Positions 23,901-37,677 of a DNA stretch of 64,000 nt are shown in pieces. This DNA comes from Balanoglossus misakiensis (lineage: Eukaryota > Animalia > Hemichordata), in NCBI GenBank assembly GCA_040954595.2, contig CM082579.2:1253908-1317907 (forward strand), in the 5' to 3' direction. The position numbers and the translations under genes were made by a program. Numbering within the stretch: the stretch's first letter is position 1; each line of letters begins with the position of its first letter. Under the pieces are notes generated by a model that saw only the letters and a list, made by a program, of their open reading frames with translations, was not told the origin of the DNA and did not search any database.

Positions 23901-26900
23901 GCTCATATCTCTTTATTAACTTTATCGCAACTGAATGGCTAGACTACCAAGTACCTTAATAAGTTAGCTATTACAAACTTGAGGGTCAAACCTGGTTGCA
24001 ATGAAAGAGTTGAAATCCATAAAATTGGTGGTGGCTTTATATAGTTTCTATGATATGAAGGAATAAATCGTGTATACTGTATCCCAAATCTGAGACGTTC
24101 ATATCTAATGAAATTGATTTTATTTCTTTGTTCCAGAACGCCAGAAAAGAAGAAATTGGCAAAATCATCATTTACACTACCAGTATGAGTATTATCAGGG
24201 GCACTTATGAAAAATGCCAATTTGTGAAGAAAATCTTTCAGAATCACAGAGTGAAGTTTGAAGAGAGGGATGTATACTTGAACAAACACAATCAGAAAGA
24301 TTTACATGAGAGGCTGGGCAAGAATGTTCCAATAACAGTACCACAAGTTGTCATCGATGGAGAAATATTAGGGGTAAGTCAAACAATAAGAAAGATGTTT
24401 AGCACCGTGTATTGATTTAAAATATGTTCTAGAAAGTCTCTCAGAAAGCTGTCTGATCTATATAGGTATCCAGGTCAGTTTAGTCAGATTTCATTGATTA
24501 GGCCATTCTTAGCTATCCAATATTATTGTACATTGAAAGCCTGCCACGGTTTCCATGGATATTATCAATTTTCACATAAAATTTTGTGCATTTACTTCCA
24601 GTACTTTAAGTTGATCAGCGAGCTTTGGGAAGTGTACCAGTAATTGATTTCATGTGGTTAAAAATATCCATCTATTAATGAGAATATGAAAATAGCTGAC
24701 AGAATCATGTTTCGTGACATTCCTGGTAAAAGTGGGTGATGGAGTAAATGAATTGTCATGTTTGATGAGGTAAATTGCCTGAGATGACGTCATCACCACC
24801 TGCTGTTGAAGTAATACCATCCTGGCAACATGAATTGACTCTGATATTCTGAATTCTGAATTACATCGTAAATATTAAAAGAAAAGCAATTGACCAATCT
24901 GTGTTCCCAATTAACAGTGACGATGTTTATATCAAACTAGAAGATACACTGAGTAATGATTACTGAATATTCCAGCACTCATTTCCGTGAGCAATTTGAA
25001 GTTTCCCTGAAGCTATCCGACTGTCGCCACTGACATGAATCCTTCAACTCCACTCTGTTGCCATGGTAGTTTCAAAACAGACAATGCGACTGACGCATGA
25101 ATTTTTTATTTGGCACAGGACTGTTATGTCGTGTTTCAGTTGGGGAAGTGTGCATATTTCCCGGTTTAGGGAGCATTCGTTTTTTACAGGGAGGGGGGGG
25201 GGGCGGTGGAAATCAGGGGGGGGTTTACTTTTACAAAGCAGTTTTTAGGGGGGGACAAATTTTATAATCAAGGGATTATTATATAGGGACTGAAAGGGGG
25301 GGACTTGAAAACTTTGACGGCTAAATATTTATTTTGAGTCCACAAAAATGCAGTTTCGCGTCCTTTATTTTACAAAATTTTCTAATGTGGGAGGGGGACA
25401 CCCCCTCCCACACCCACCCCCTCCATTCATCAACACCTTTCAATCATTGACTGGTTTATCTAGTGTCCCAGGTCAGGGGACTTGCCCCCACCCCATGATA
25501 ACTTTGAGCGGCGACGTTAATTTGCTTTTGCTGGGTTCATTAAAATGCAGCTTTGAGCTCTGTATTTTATAAAATTTTCTTACGTGGGAGGGGGACACCC
25601 CCTCCCAAACCCACCCCCTTCAATTCTCGGTTTACAATGTCTCCCAGCACAGAATACAAATACTTAAAAAATAAAAACAATGTTCAGTTTTACTACCCAC
25701 TGATGAGGGGAAACATCGGTTTCAAATTCTTTTCATGGGAGCGCTGTGTCCATGATAAGTTTAATCCGGTGGATAAACTTTTTTTTTTTTGGGGGGGGGG
25801 GGGTCACATTTTAGAAAAGTAATTTCCAGGGGGGGTTGCCTTTTACATTTAGTCGGCGACTCAAATTCCACCGGCCCCCCCCCCCTCCCTGTAAAAAACG
25901 AATGCTCCCTTACCTGCTGGGTAAATCATGTCACAATTCACACCTACAAATCATTGAATGTCATTTTCTATGTGATGTTTGCTTGCTTTCCAAACAAGTA
26001 ATCATGGGAAGTGAATTTTGGTGACAGGTGAATTACAAATATTGACTTTAATACACAAATTTATCACCTTTACTGTTGTCATTCTTATAGCGCTGAACCA
26101 TATTTTTGAGAAATGTCACAGAAAGGAAATAAAGAAACCTTGAAAAGTGGGAAGTGACCCCACTTTTGAAACAGGCAGTAATTTCATCACAATAACATAC
26201 ATTCTAATTAAGAATATAAAACTTAATTTCTACCTCAGTATAACTTGCAATTTATGAAATTATCACCCATTGGTATTTTATGAGCTATGACTATTTCTCA
26301 ACCCAGTACTTAAAAGTCTAACATTGCTACTGTCCTTATTAAGTGGTGACTTTGATGATTAGTAGCATTTTTCAGTGACGTGCTGTTTCCACGGTAACAA
26401 CAGAGTAGTACATAGTATTGCTTTTCTGGAATTTTCTAGTTCAATAAACCAGAAGCCTATACAGTTGTCATTAAGCAGGAAAATGGGGTTTAAGTGGCAT
26501 TTGAATTGAAAGACTTGGTTGATATATTAAAATTATAAGTGCCTTTTTGTATTTCTCAAGGGTTTGGCTATAATCAAAAGCAGTGTGTGTGGAAGTTATT
26601 GAAATGGTCTTCAAAGCATTAGTCTGCTAAGAATACCTGTAGTAGTTGAAGCTCACATATTTAGGTCCCATTTGGTATACGTATACATATATACCAGTGG
26701 AGTCCTTTTAAAAATAAAAATTGAATTGTTGCTATGGTGTGGCTGATTTCAGTGAATTGAACATGGTGAATTCCAGTCCTTCTAACAATACATGCAGCAA
26801 CAAAAGATCACCTGACCAACATAAGTCATCTGGTACAAGTTGGTTCAATTTGCAAAAAGCCAGCTAGGCCAAATAATCAATCAGACATGTTACAGTCCTG

Positions 26901-29900
26901 GTGAACTTTATTCAGAGTCGTCTGTCCAGTTCATGACCTTCATCCACCTGTAAGGTGAACCCACTTCAGTCCAGTATAGACACTTGAAATTCAAACTTTT
27001 AAGGAGCTAATACCGTGTGACCAGAATTTCAAGGTATTCATCCCACAAAGCAATCACCAGACAGTTATGTTTGAGTGACATTCAAGGTTGGGGGAGACTT
27101 ATAGAGGGGAGTTACAATGTAGGTCTTGATTTTGGTACTTCAAATTCACTTTGTAATATAGCAAGACAGGTCAGATAATTGGGAACACAGATAATTCACC
27201 TATTTTCATGAGTTTTATTTCTGCTGAATTTTAAGAAAAGTATTTTAAGTTCTGATGATCTACCAAGAGTAAGTTAACCTTTAACCATGTTTAACGAGTA
27301 GAGCAGTGCCACAGGTCACTGCGATAAGTGGTCCCTTGGTATTTGCCATGACTATACACCTTTGGTATTTTGATTGTTTTACAGTACTTCAACTATTGTT
27401 AGATTGTCAATACTGCCATTGCATTGTAAGCTGTGTAATGCTGTAATAAGTTTTACAGTGGCTGCTGGCAGTTGTAAACAGTTAAAAAGTGGAAGTTCAG
27501 AATGTTGGGGGGGGGGGGGTTGTTCTGTTGCGGTTTTTGAAATTTGTTGAAGCTAGGCTATCCTTGAATCATACCCCACCTACACTTCAGCAATATTAAT
27601 GTCTCACAGATTCATAGAAACTTAGAAGGCAAGATACATCTTTAATGTTGCCCGCCTACAATTGCTTGCATCATCATTGCATGACGTTATATAGAAATGA
27701 TACTGATGGGATGAACACGACAAACCATAATTACATTGTAGCTAATAATAGCAATGTTGCTGTCAATAAATTGCACTTAGTGAAAGGTCATATCTATTAT
27801 TAATTAATACCCTCAAGGATATTACCTTGAACACAAAAGTGTAAATTTCAAGCCATTTTGGGTGAATTCAATCATTAACAATGATGGTGTGTATTGTCTC
27901 CATGTAATATTGTGTTGTTCTATATAATGATTCATGTGAATACTTGATATCGGATGGTACAGATGATCTGGAGAACAGTATTCAGCGAGTTTTATAACGA
28001 CTACAGTCAATATACAAAACAAAAACACTGGAAAAACATAGCCGACAGCTTAAAATGTACAGGTGCAATTTAAATGTTTCCATTCATCCTTTAAATAAAA
28101 ATATAAAAATATCAGGTAAAAAACCTTGTGTATTTTCTGTTTTGATGCATATATGCTGGCAGTGAAATTTTAATACACGATGCTGTATGAAACTTACATG
28201 CATGTTTTTGAATATTTAGGTCAGTTTGAAAATAAAGATTCTTTACAACATGTACAAATTAATGTATGTGACTGAAGATATTATACTGCAGCTTCACAGG
28301 GCAAACACTTGGACTTGCCAATTCACATCATTCAGATTACAAGCAGGAAGATAGTAGAGCTATAAAATTGTGTTTTTAGTTGTCAAGACTGAACATGATA
28401 TGGGTGGGGTACCATAATAAATGGTCGGCTGTAACTGACACCATTCCTTCCTGAATACTAGTCCACTGCGATTAATTCTGCCTACTGTGTGAGATCACAG
28501 GATGGTGTACGTACGGGGTCGGGGTGACACACTGTCGCGCATAAAATAGGCCGTTTTAGACACTACCAGAGGGGCAAAATTAGTCCCTGTCTTACTCCCC
28601 CCCCCCCCCCCCAACGATTTTGGTTGCTCAGCAACAGTAGCAAATTTACTTACAGGGAGTTTCTTATTTAACTATGTAGAAAAACATGGATATTATGTCA
28701 TATTTTACCGTTCAATTTTTTTCCTTTCTGCAAATGCAAATATGTACATGAATTTCAGGTAAATATCTTGAAATGTTGATATTTTCATATCTGCCATCAA
28801 AGGCATGTGTATCTGTATTGACCATTCTTTCAGTAATTTGAGCAGGGTGGTAATGGGTTGGCTGCCCCAGGCTGGTCAGGGGTTAAAGGTCAGGAGTTGT
28901 ATAGCAGAGAAGCTGCCATTTGTCAAAAAAGTTAACAATCCTTGTTTGACGGGAAGAATGGTGTTCGTGTACTAGATCTCTCCAGTAGCTGCAAAATGTA
29001 CATGTAATCATTCAAGTGCTGACAGCTACACTGAATGATTTAAATTCAATTGATGCCTATATTAATTGCCTCGACTATCTATCTAATATCTATCTCTCTA
29101 TCTATCTATATCTCTCTATCTATTTATCTATCTGGCTTAGTAGCTACATGTAGCTAGCTAACTTAGCCCATGTATGCAGTGATCCATATGGTGACCCTTG
29201 GCTCACTTTGTTTATGCTTTCTATGACAGTGTTTTGAAGATTTCTTGGGCAATTTATAAGCAGAAGTTTATGATGTACTATTTGGGTATACCGTGTCCTA
29301 TTTCACCACAACTATACTGTCAGGCTCAGTCAACTGAAAATGAATATTCTCTACTCTGTTATGATGATAATGATGAATAAATTCGTCCAGGAAAACAGGA
29401 AATTGAAATGTTTAAACCACTATTACAGGCAAGGATATAGCTGACTTTATTGACAGCATATATACAATGCAACTTTTACCTTGACCCTGAATACATCAAT
29501 AATCTATGGCAGTCTAGTCTTGTAATAGGAGTTTCATTTTAATCAGTCCAGCATAACGTCTCAATTGCCTTTGTGGACTTCTGAAATTAAAACGCCCACT
29601 ATGTACATTGTGTGATTATTAATCATGCCTGTAATATTCCTGCACTGGAGACATTCACTGATTAAAGTCTTATCGGGACATAAATTATTAAATTGACTGA
29701 ATATTTATCACTCAGTCACTCATATTGCTTGATATTCAAGAATGACGCCTTTTTTGAATATTTGCATGATTTGTGTCTTGACTAACGAGCGCAAATTGAC
29801 AGAAGTTTCCAGATAAGGCTGAAAGTGAGTGAATTCTCACATGACACTTCTCATTTTATATTTTAATTGAACTTCTGTTTTTTTATTATTTTACATGTTC

Positions 29901-32793
29901 CTTTCCACTTCCACCAATGGCGCCATTTTGTTCTTTTCATTGTTTCCAAACTAGGCATTCTACCTTCTCTTAACTTTTCCCAACAATAAACATCAAAAGT
30001 GTCTAAGAATTGTGCGGTCAGTGTTTAGGTATTCTGGTGATGGTGTGCATGGACAATCCATCCTTGTTGACAGCTTGAAGCTGACCTCTTAATGGAGGTT
30101 ATGCTTTGGTTTCGTGATAATCGTGATTGCTCATTGATGGTGCCATATTCAGGTGGGAACTGAAACGTTCGGACAGCAAAGTTGATGAATAGGTGAGCCT
30201 TGAAAGGAGAACTGTCTAGGGGTTGTTTGGTGTCATTTCCTTGTACGCAAGTCACGTAATGATTTAATTGTACACAGTGGACCCACAGGCCTCTTAGTGT
30301 GTACATAAAAGGTGTTGCTTTTCCTCCTGTGGTTCTTAAATTCTCGAGGTGATTTGAAATTATTTCTTGATCTGCTGGGAAGTAAAGGAAAATCTGCGGC
30401 ACTATTTGTGACAGCTGTCAATCATACTGGACTGTCCAGTAATGTCATCAGTAGATACATTTCAAATCACTTAGAAAGTAAAAAGAAAATTAGGTCTTAA
30501 AAAGTTTGTTTTCAATGGGTATTGCTGCAAACAGATTTTATTCCTACTTATAGGTTTATCTTCTCTGTCTGTGCTATTCAAACTGATCTTGAGAATTATT
30601 TATGTCATCTGCGACAGAAGTCCTAGCCAGGTAACCTTTATTCAGGGGTTAACCTTTCCCCCCATAATTACAAACTGTTTGGTTTGGTCTGCATGACTCA
30701 TGTAGGCCTGGGAGTGCAATAATGTATCAGCAGCTTTAAGTTGTACTAGGTTTTTTGTAACTTAGTAAATTAGTTGTTCGCTAAATCTTTGGGATTAGAG
30801 AATTTGTCTGTAACATATATATCATGTCTGTAACAAAATTTGCAAATTATAATCACACATTTTGATATATCCCTATGGTTCATGAGCATGAATACTAGTA
30901 AATCAAAAACTGAAACTGATTCCATGAATATTGGTGAATACATTGCTTGAATAAAGAGCTGTTTTGCCACGTTTCTATACTTAAAAGGGCCTTTTGTTCA
31001 ATCTTGTGTCAACCACACCTGTGTAGATGACATGTTTGGTTTTGTGGTTGGTGAAGTGACTATTCCAAGGCTATTTATCATGCTATTTCCTGGTTTGCTG
31101 CAGGAGATCCTGTCTCATTTCAATGCACTCAATAATTCAACAGTCAGAGGAGTTAAAAAAAGACATCTGTGTATCATGGTGTATTGTCCAGTACCTTTGA
31201 TCTGAGACCTTCAGAGACAATGCTGCTTTTATGAAACATTTGTACAAATACTCCAAGCATTCCTTTACAATTGACGTCCAGTTGTTGTTGTTTACAAAAA
31301 CCCCTCCCTTTAAATGAATTTTTCATCCTCATGGTGATTGGTAATGGCATTCAGAAATCAGTCTGTGAATTTCTTCACAGGCCTATAATAATTCCCACAA
31401 GAACAATACAAAGAACTATTGTTTATGCTTAAAAAATATCTCAGCAAAAGTAGAAAACTGTGTTAAAGGTTAAAATATAATAAACATTAATTAAAATTAG
31501 AGATGGTACAAATTTACTCCTTACAATCCAAACTGAATCTCGCCCTTCAGCTTTCGCTAAACAGGGGAGCCCACTGGAAATGTAAATCTATGTGAAATTT
31601 CAAAAATCGATGTTCTAAGAAAATCAAATATTTAAGTTTTTAAAAAAATATTTGAAATGCAAATTTGATATTGATTTCCAGTCATGGTGTTTGATTTTAC
31701 TGGTCTGTGACTAGACATGTGTCAGGTGCTTGTCAATACGTCAGGTGATTGACTTTTTAAACCCTGAATCACAAACAGTTGCTACATTCCAATTTTAGCG
31801 CATTACGTCATTTATTGTTGAAGTCACCTGGTAATCAGAGCTTCGTTGCTATTTTAGAAAAAGTATTTAGTGGCTGAGATAAATGATTCAAGGGTCTAAG
31901 ACTTTCACAGAATAAGGAACAGAATTTTCTGTGTTGGGTTGAATTTTTTAGTAGATAATATTTTTGTACGTTTCACTTTGGATCTTGACTGTGAGGGCAG
32001 TATTGTTGTGAGATTTGTTTGCTTTGATTGGTTGAAGCAGAGGATGGGATTGTTGAGTCATGCTGTTATCACTGTAACTCTTTGACATTGAGCAGGTGTG
32101 GTTATTATTAATAAATTCCATGAAATCCGCTCTGCAATGTGAATCCAACAAGGATCTGTCGGTGGTTAGATCATGATGTAATTGAACACTTTGAGTATTT
32201 ACTGTACAAATACCTGTGCTGAAGTTATACTACTGTTTCAAAGGTCAACAGTCAGAGAATTTCCATTGTCCATGGTTCTGGACAGCTTTGTCGCAACACG
32301 GATCATTCTTTGAACTCAGCGATCACCATAGAAACAACAATCTGTATCCAAGCACTTCATCTTATCACAAAAAATGTCAAACTAATCTAACAGGAGCATT
32401 TAACTCTTTTTTTTGTAGGATTTGGACAAATTAGAACATTTAAATGAATCTGGGGAGTTAAGAGGAATTCTCAGCAGATTTGAGGTGAGTTTTTTATGTT
32501 TTGTCGTTTCTTGAAGGTTCATTTAAAGTGAATGATGATGTCATTAATAACTCTATGAGGAGATCATATTACAGGCACTAATTATAAATTTGTATTTTGT
32601 TTTTCTGCAGAAATGTGTGCCAACATCTCACTGCAGTCACTGTGGGGGATTTCGTATGGTGCCTTGCAATTCGTGCAGTGGAAGTAAAAAGTCATCTCAC
32701 AGAAATAACTTTACTTATGATTTCCAGGCATTAAAATGTGTAAAATGCGACGAGAATGGTCTTCAGATGTGTATGGAATGTACAGATGATTGA
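20999..32793 (+). CDS. GRXCR1: Glutaredoxin domain-containing cysteine-rich protein (GRXCR1-like), ~303 aa
   Basis: Exons 20999-21424, 24137-24373, 32419-32484 and 32611-32793, all phase 0 with GT-AG introns. Motifs: GTVRGVKNRVRAG; glutaredoxin-like IIIYTTSMSIIRGTYEKC...VPQVVIDG...LNESGEL; C-terminal CxxCGGFRMVPCxxCSGSKK...LKCxxCDENGLxxCxxC. Confidence 0.92.
25169..25909. mobile_element. PIF/Harbinger-type MITE (741 bp) in GRXCR1 intron 2
   Basis: TIR GGGAGCATTCGTTTTTTACAGGGAGGGGGGG... at 25169, with its inverse ending at 25909. TTA target-site duplication at 25166-25168 and 25910-25912. Internal ~80-bp direct repeats at ~25343 and ~25542; no coding capacity. Confidence 0.88.
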
Positions 32794-35700
32794 AACAAAA
32801 AGGAACATAATAATTTAAATGAAAGAAAACTGCCACTTGCAAACTTGTGCATGGATTCGAGAAAAAAAACCCTCCTCCGAATAGGTCGCAGTTATTTTGG
32901 GCTGCCCGGGTTTGCTGTCCGTGATTGGAGAGATGATTTTCTAGAAGTTGCCAAACGAATCCAGCATCACAACCGAGACAGAAGATTTTCTCCCCCCCCC
33001 CCCCAAGTGTTTGTTTTAAAACCCTTTCACAGTATGCAGTGCACTTTGACATCAAGTTGCAATATTTATAAACAAGTGAATTTCATCTATGTATATATTT
33101 TCATGTATTCAGTAAATGTGCAGTGTCATGGTTGAAATCATTTCTTGCCTTGGCAACTCTGGGAGGCAACTGATAAGCATGTACATGTAAGGAGGCTGGC
33201 ATTATAACTTATAATCTGCAGTACTCCTAACCCAATTGGTCCAGATGCCCAGTAGGCCTAAATCCGGAATGATACTGCAAACTCCTAGAGAGCTATATAT
33301 GCAATAAGTATTTGGAAATATTGTATATACCAGACAGATGTATATAGACATGTGCCTTTGTTATTTTTGTCTTAGTTGTTTGAATAAGTACAATTGCAAT
33401 GACTGTTGATCAGTGACAGAAAGTCCTGCCAAGAGTGAAGAAAATAATTTGTTAATAAATAATATATTATAGAAAAATAATATATTCAGCGTGGAAGACA
33501 GAATGAAGTGTAGAATACAAACAAGTATGTGTAATGGTTTGATTTGCTTTCAAATTGTGCATATTTTCTTTTCTTTCAAAGTCACTTTTGAAATCACAGG
33601 AGTAATGCCAACTGTCTGTCATTTAGAACACATTCTCACACAGTTTACAAATTTCTGTTAGCCGGTGGAATCACATGTCATGCACCACATGCATACATGA
33701 TATTCTGCCTTCATTTACACAAGATTGAACAAACCTGTGTACCCTTCAAGAACTTTATGAAATTACACCATCATTGAAGAAACAGTACATGTAACATTAT
33801 TCTGCAGAAATATAAGGGTATAAGGTTTGAAATTAGAGTAGTTTACATTTACAACTTTAATATGGCTGCTGCCTGTGTTTTCCAGCTGTTTACCAAGGTC
33901 TGTTTACCAGTAAACATTTTGATACCTTTGTTTGTACTTCTTATGACAACACAATACTGGTATAGATGTTGTTGATCCGCCTACTTATAAGTTTATGCTT
34001 AAAGTTCTGAAGTCTGTGTTTTATCACATTATTATTATTAATCTCATTTTTTCCATGTTTTTACTTACTTCACTGCTTTGTGCCAAAGACGAACAATTTA
34101 CGAACAAATATTCTTTAGAGGTTTTCATATTCAAGTTTTCTGTTCTTATATAGTCCATCACAGTACATACATACATACATTTAAATTTGTTGTATTTAAA
34201 CTCCAAAACCATTTTTCAGTTCTATAATCAGAATTTATATTCAGCCATGACATAAATATACAACAGTATTCCTGATTGGATTCCATAATTTGAATTTTGA
34301 CTTGCAGCTGTACAGCAACCAATCAACTCTTTTTTCATATAATCAGAATTTTACCAATTACAATGTGGATCAAATGTGCTTTATAATTTTTTTGTTAGAA
34401 AATACTTTCTTTGTTACCAACAGGTTTGGTTTAAATTTTATAATTTATGTAATTATTTAGAACTCTTACAACAGCAAATTGTGAGAGAGAATGTTATATC
34501 AATCTTCCGAAAGATTTTTACACTAGTGCATTCTAGTGTATCTGTAAAAAATTTCATTTATTCTCCAGTATTTTTGTGTTGATTTCAAATTAATATATAC
34601 AGACAATTTAGCAAGTATGGTTTATGCAAGGAAGAAATGTTGTCTCATGATCTACATTCTGTGCTTGATGCACATGTAATGTTAAAATTAGATTAATTTT
34701 TGTTTTCAATGGTGACATTTGTTTTCAGTTGTTTGTACCATTAAAAACAACAGAATCTTACATTGAACTGGTGTGTTTATTTTTTCCTTGAACGGGCTGG
34801 CATTGTGACAATGAGTTTGTTGTTCTCACAGGTCAGTTTTCAAGTTTCAACACGTTTCATTCGGCAAATCTATATCTATAGTGTGTCATTCAGTCAGAAA
34901 AACATGTAGCATACAATGGTGTTAATTTATTGACACTTGTCTCTGGTACATTCTTATTCATGTGATCTGCCAAAAAATAAATTGCAAAAGAAAATGTATT
35001 GCATCAAAGCCAATGGATTCATCTCCTGTCTTCATCTTATTATTGCGCTCAGCTCAACTAGAAATAAAATATGTTTGTTGCATATTAAAAACCATAACTT
35101 GAGAATCTACAAGTAAAAATATTTACAAAATCCGACAGCATTTGTCTTTCATTTCTGGGTTTCATCTTTCGCAAAAGTGATGAACTTTCAGGACTGTCAG
35201 GGGTTGTCTTGTTTATTACATTAACACTTTCAATTTCTCATAATGTCTGCAACATGAGCTGCACCAGATTTACCATAAAACTGACCTAATGCATATATTA
35301 GCCACCATTGCAATTCCTTTCACCTGACTCTGTTTAACACATCACAAACATTGACTGATTTCAAAGTGAATCAGCAGTGAATCATGAGAGATCTAACCAT
35401 CATTGGCAGAAGCACCCTCTACAAGCCATTACAAAAAGATCAGTGGTTCAAACCACAGCTCTATATTTCAGTTGATATCATAAATGGTAGTTTGGCAAGT
35501 GACTGCATTTCTACAGATTAACCCACTTGCATTATTAATTGATTTGGACAAGTACTTACACAAGATCACTTCTTCTAGTTCATCTTAGTAGAATTTACGG
35601 ACAGTCAAAAGTATTGAGACAGGGTGAATCTACACAATACGACAATTCATCAATACTCCACAAGGATGAATCTTCTGTTTACAAGTTCAAACACAAGAAC

Positions 35701-37677
35701 AGATATTCTGATTGATAATAAAAAGCCTAATACGTTTCATTCACTATACTGAAACTAAACCATTTCCATATACTTTGGCAGTTGGCACAGACTTACAGGA
35801 TATATACAATATAAGACCTTACTCCCACACAACTGAACATATTAGGCCACCTAGATTACTTGAGAAAACTAGACAAGTTCAGATTAACATCATAGCACAA
35901 CAGAGAAAGTCTTATACAATATTTTGCTATTCAGAAATTACTTTAGTTTTCCCTTTTTTGTTGAAGTTCTAAGTAATGGTGAAAATGTTGGTTCCCCTAG
36001 CATGATGGATGACTGACACCAAACACAAGACTCTCTATCTCACTCATTTACTGTCCTCTATTGAACAGAGGATTTCCTTCAGTTTATATTAGAATACTGT
36101 TTCGAAGTTGAAGGAAGCTAAAAATAGCACTTTAAGTTCAGAAAGCAAGCACCACTTTTCAACTTCTATAAAAAGAGAGAGAGAGAGAGAGAATGTATCA
36201 TCTCCTGAAACTGGTGTAATTAAATATTTATCAGAAATACTGTTTGTAAAAGTGACTGTAGAATTGATAAAAAAATACAGACATAATATAGCTTGAGAGC
36301 ATAGTTATGTGATAGATACTGTCTGTATTTTATGGTATAGTATTAAGAACTAGAAATTTGATCTTGAAATGATTAAAGCAGTTGAAAAAATAGTATTTGT
36401 ACTTGAAAAAGTTCCGTATATGTAGAAAAGTGACACACTTGGTTAAATTCATGATAAAATTTGGCTGTACATTATTGACACACACTTTTACAATGTTTTG
36501 GCTTTTTTGGCTCAGAGTACTGAAACCTACCGCTGACATGTTTGTTGAAATCAAGATGCCAAGCAGATAGACCTGGTTTGGCATTGTGAATATACAATGA
36601 ATTTTTTGCTATTTTAGCGTGTCTAAATCAGAAATTAAGCGACGTCTTCACATTTGAAGAATTAAATGACTTATCAGGTTGAGTAAAATGACGGCTTTGT
36701 TGAAAAAAACTGAAAGATTTACAAAATAGGAACATTGGTGATGATCACCATTATTTTTCTTCTTTTTATATTATCCAATAAGTTTATCCGATCAATGATG
36801 AAAATATGGTATTTAAAAAGGAATTAAGATTCTGACGCCAAATGCATGGTTTGAATGAAGTGAAGGAGTGACCAGTGAAATGATCACTGAAAACAAGAAA
36901 GCATTTATCTCTTTACCACCAGCTGTCCTCATCGAAAAGAAATCACGTTTCATGGTGAGATAACCGGTGCCAGCACAGTGCTTCTTGCACCTGTTCTGAT
37001 GCAAGTTTGATACATGTATGAACTAGGCTATTTTTTCATTAAAACAATTAAAGTTGCACGAACGTTTAAATTTCTCATCAAAGACTGGCTCAGACTTGTC
37101 ACATGACAGCAGTAATCAAAACCCAAGAGTCAGATTAAAAGTAGATAAAAAAAACTATTAAAGAAATCTATTGAATGAATAAAATTATCATTGTAATTTT
37201 AGGATAAAAATATCATATTGTAATTTTTCTTACTCGATTGTCGTATCACTGACACGTCATCTCACCCCATCCATCCATCCCATCGCGCCCCAACCCCCAA
37301 GTCTAATATTTATGTGATCTCAGCCCTTGCTAGAACACACAAAAACTAAATCCACTGTTATTCCAAATAACTGAAGTTACAGATATAGACCATGGAACCA
37401 TTCTGACAGTTTTGTCCACATAGAGTAAAAATATGCAACTGCCAGACAACACAACCACAGAGACTTAATGAAATAAAAAAAAAAATGCTCAAAATCTGTG
37501 GCAAGCACCACACATCAGCTTTGACAAGACTGATGTTAACAATTTAGGTTAGCACATGAAAAGCACTTCACCCAGTACACACTACTGGTAGCTTGCTCTG
37601 AACAGTTGTCAACTGTCCTCTACAGCCTACAACTACATTCTTTTGTTTTTATGTGATGTGTGACTGTGTGTGTGAAG

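Noticed and set aside
20999-32793. GRXCR1-like gene as the dedicated disulfide/maturation enzyme for the peptide array
   Set aside because: It has no signal peptide and no CxxC active site in the glutaredoxin-like domain, and it is a conserved cytosolic protein. Adjacency is probably coincidental; no modifying enzyme is visible in the window.
33000-37600. Short ORFs between GRXCR1 and the CRACD-like gene
   Set aside because: AT-rich convergent 3' UTR/intergenic sequence with no coding signature.
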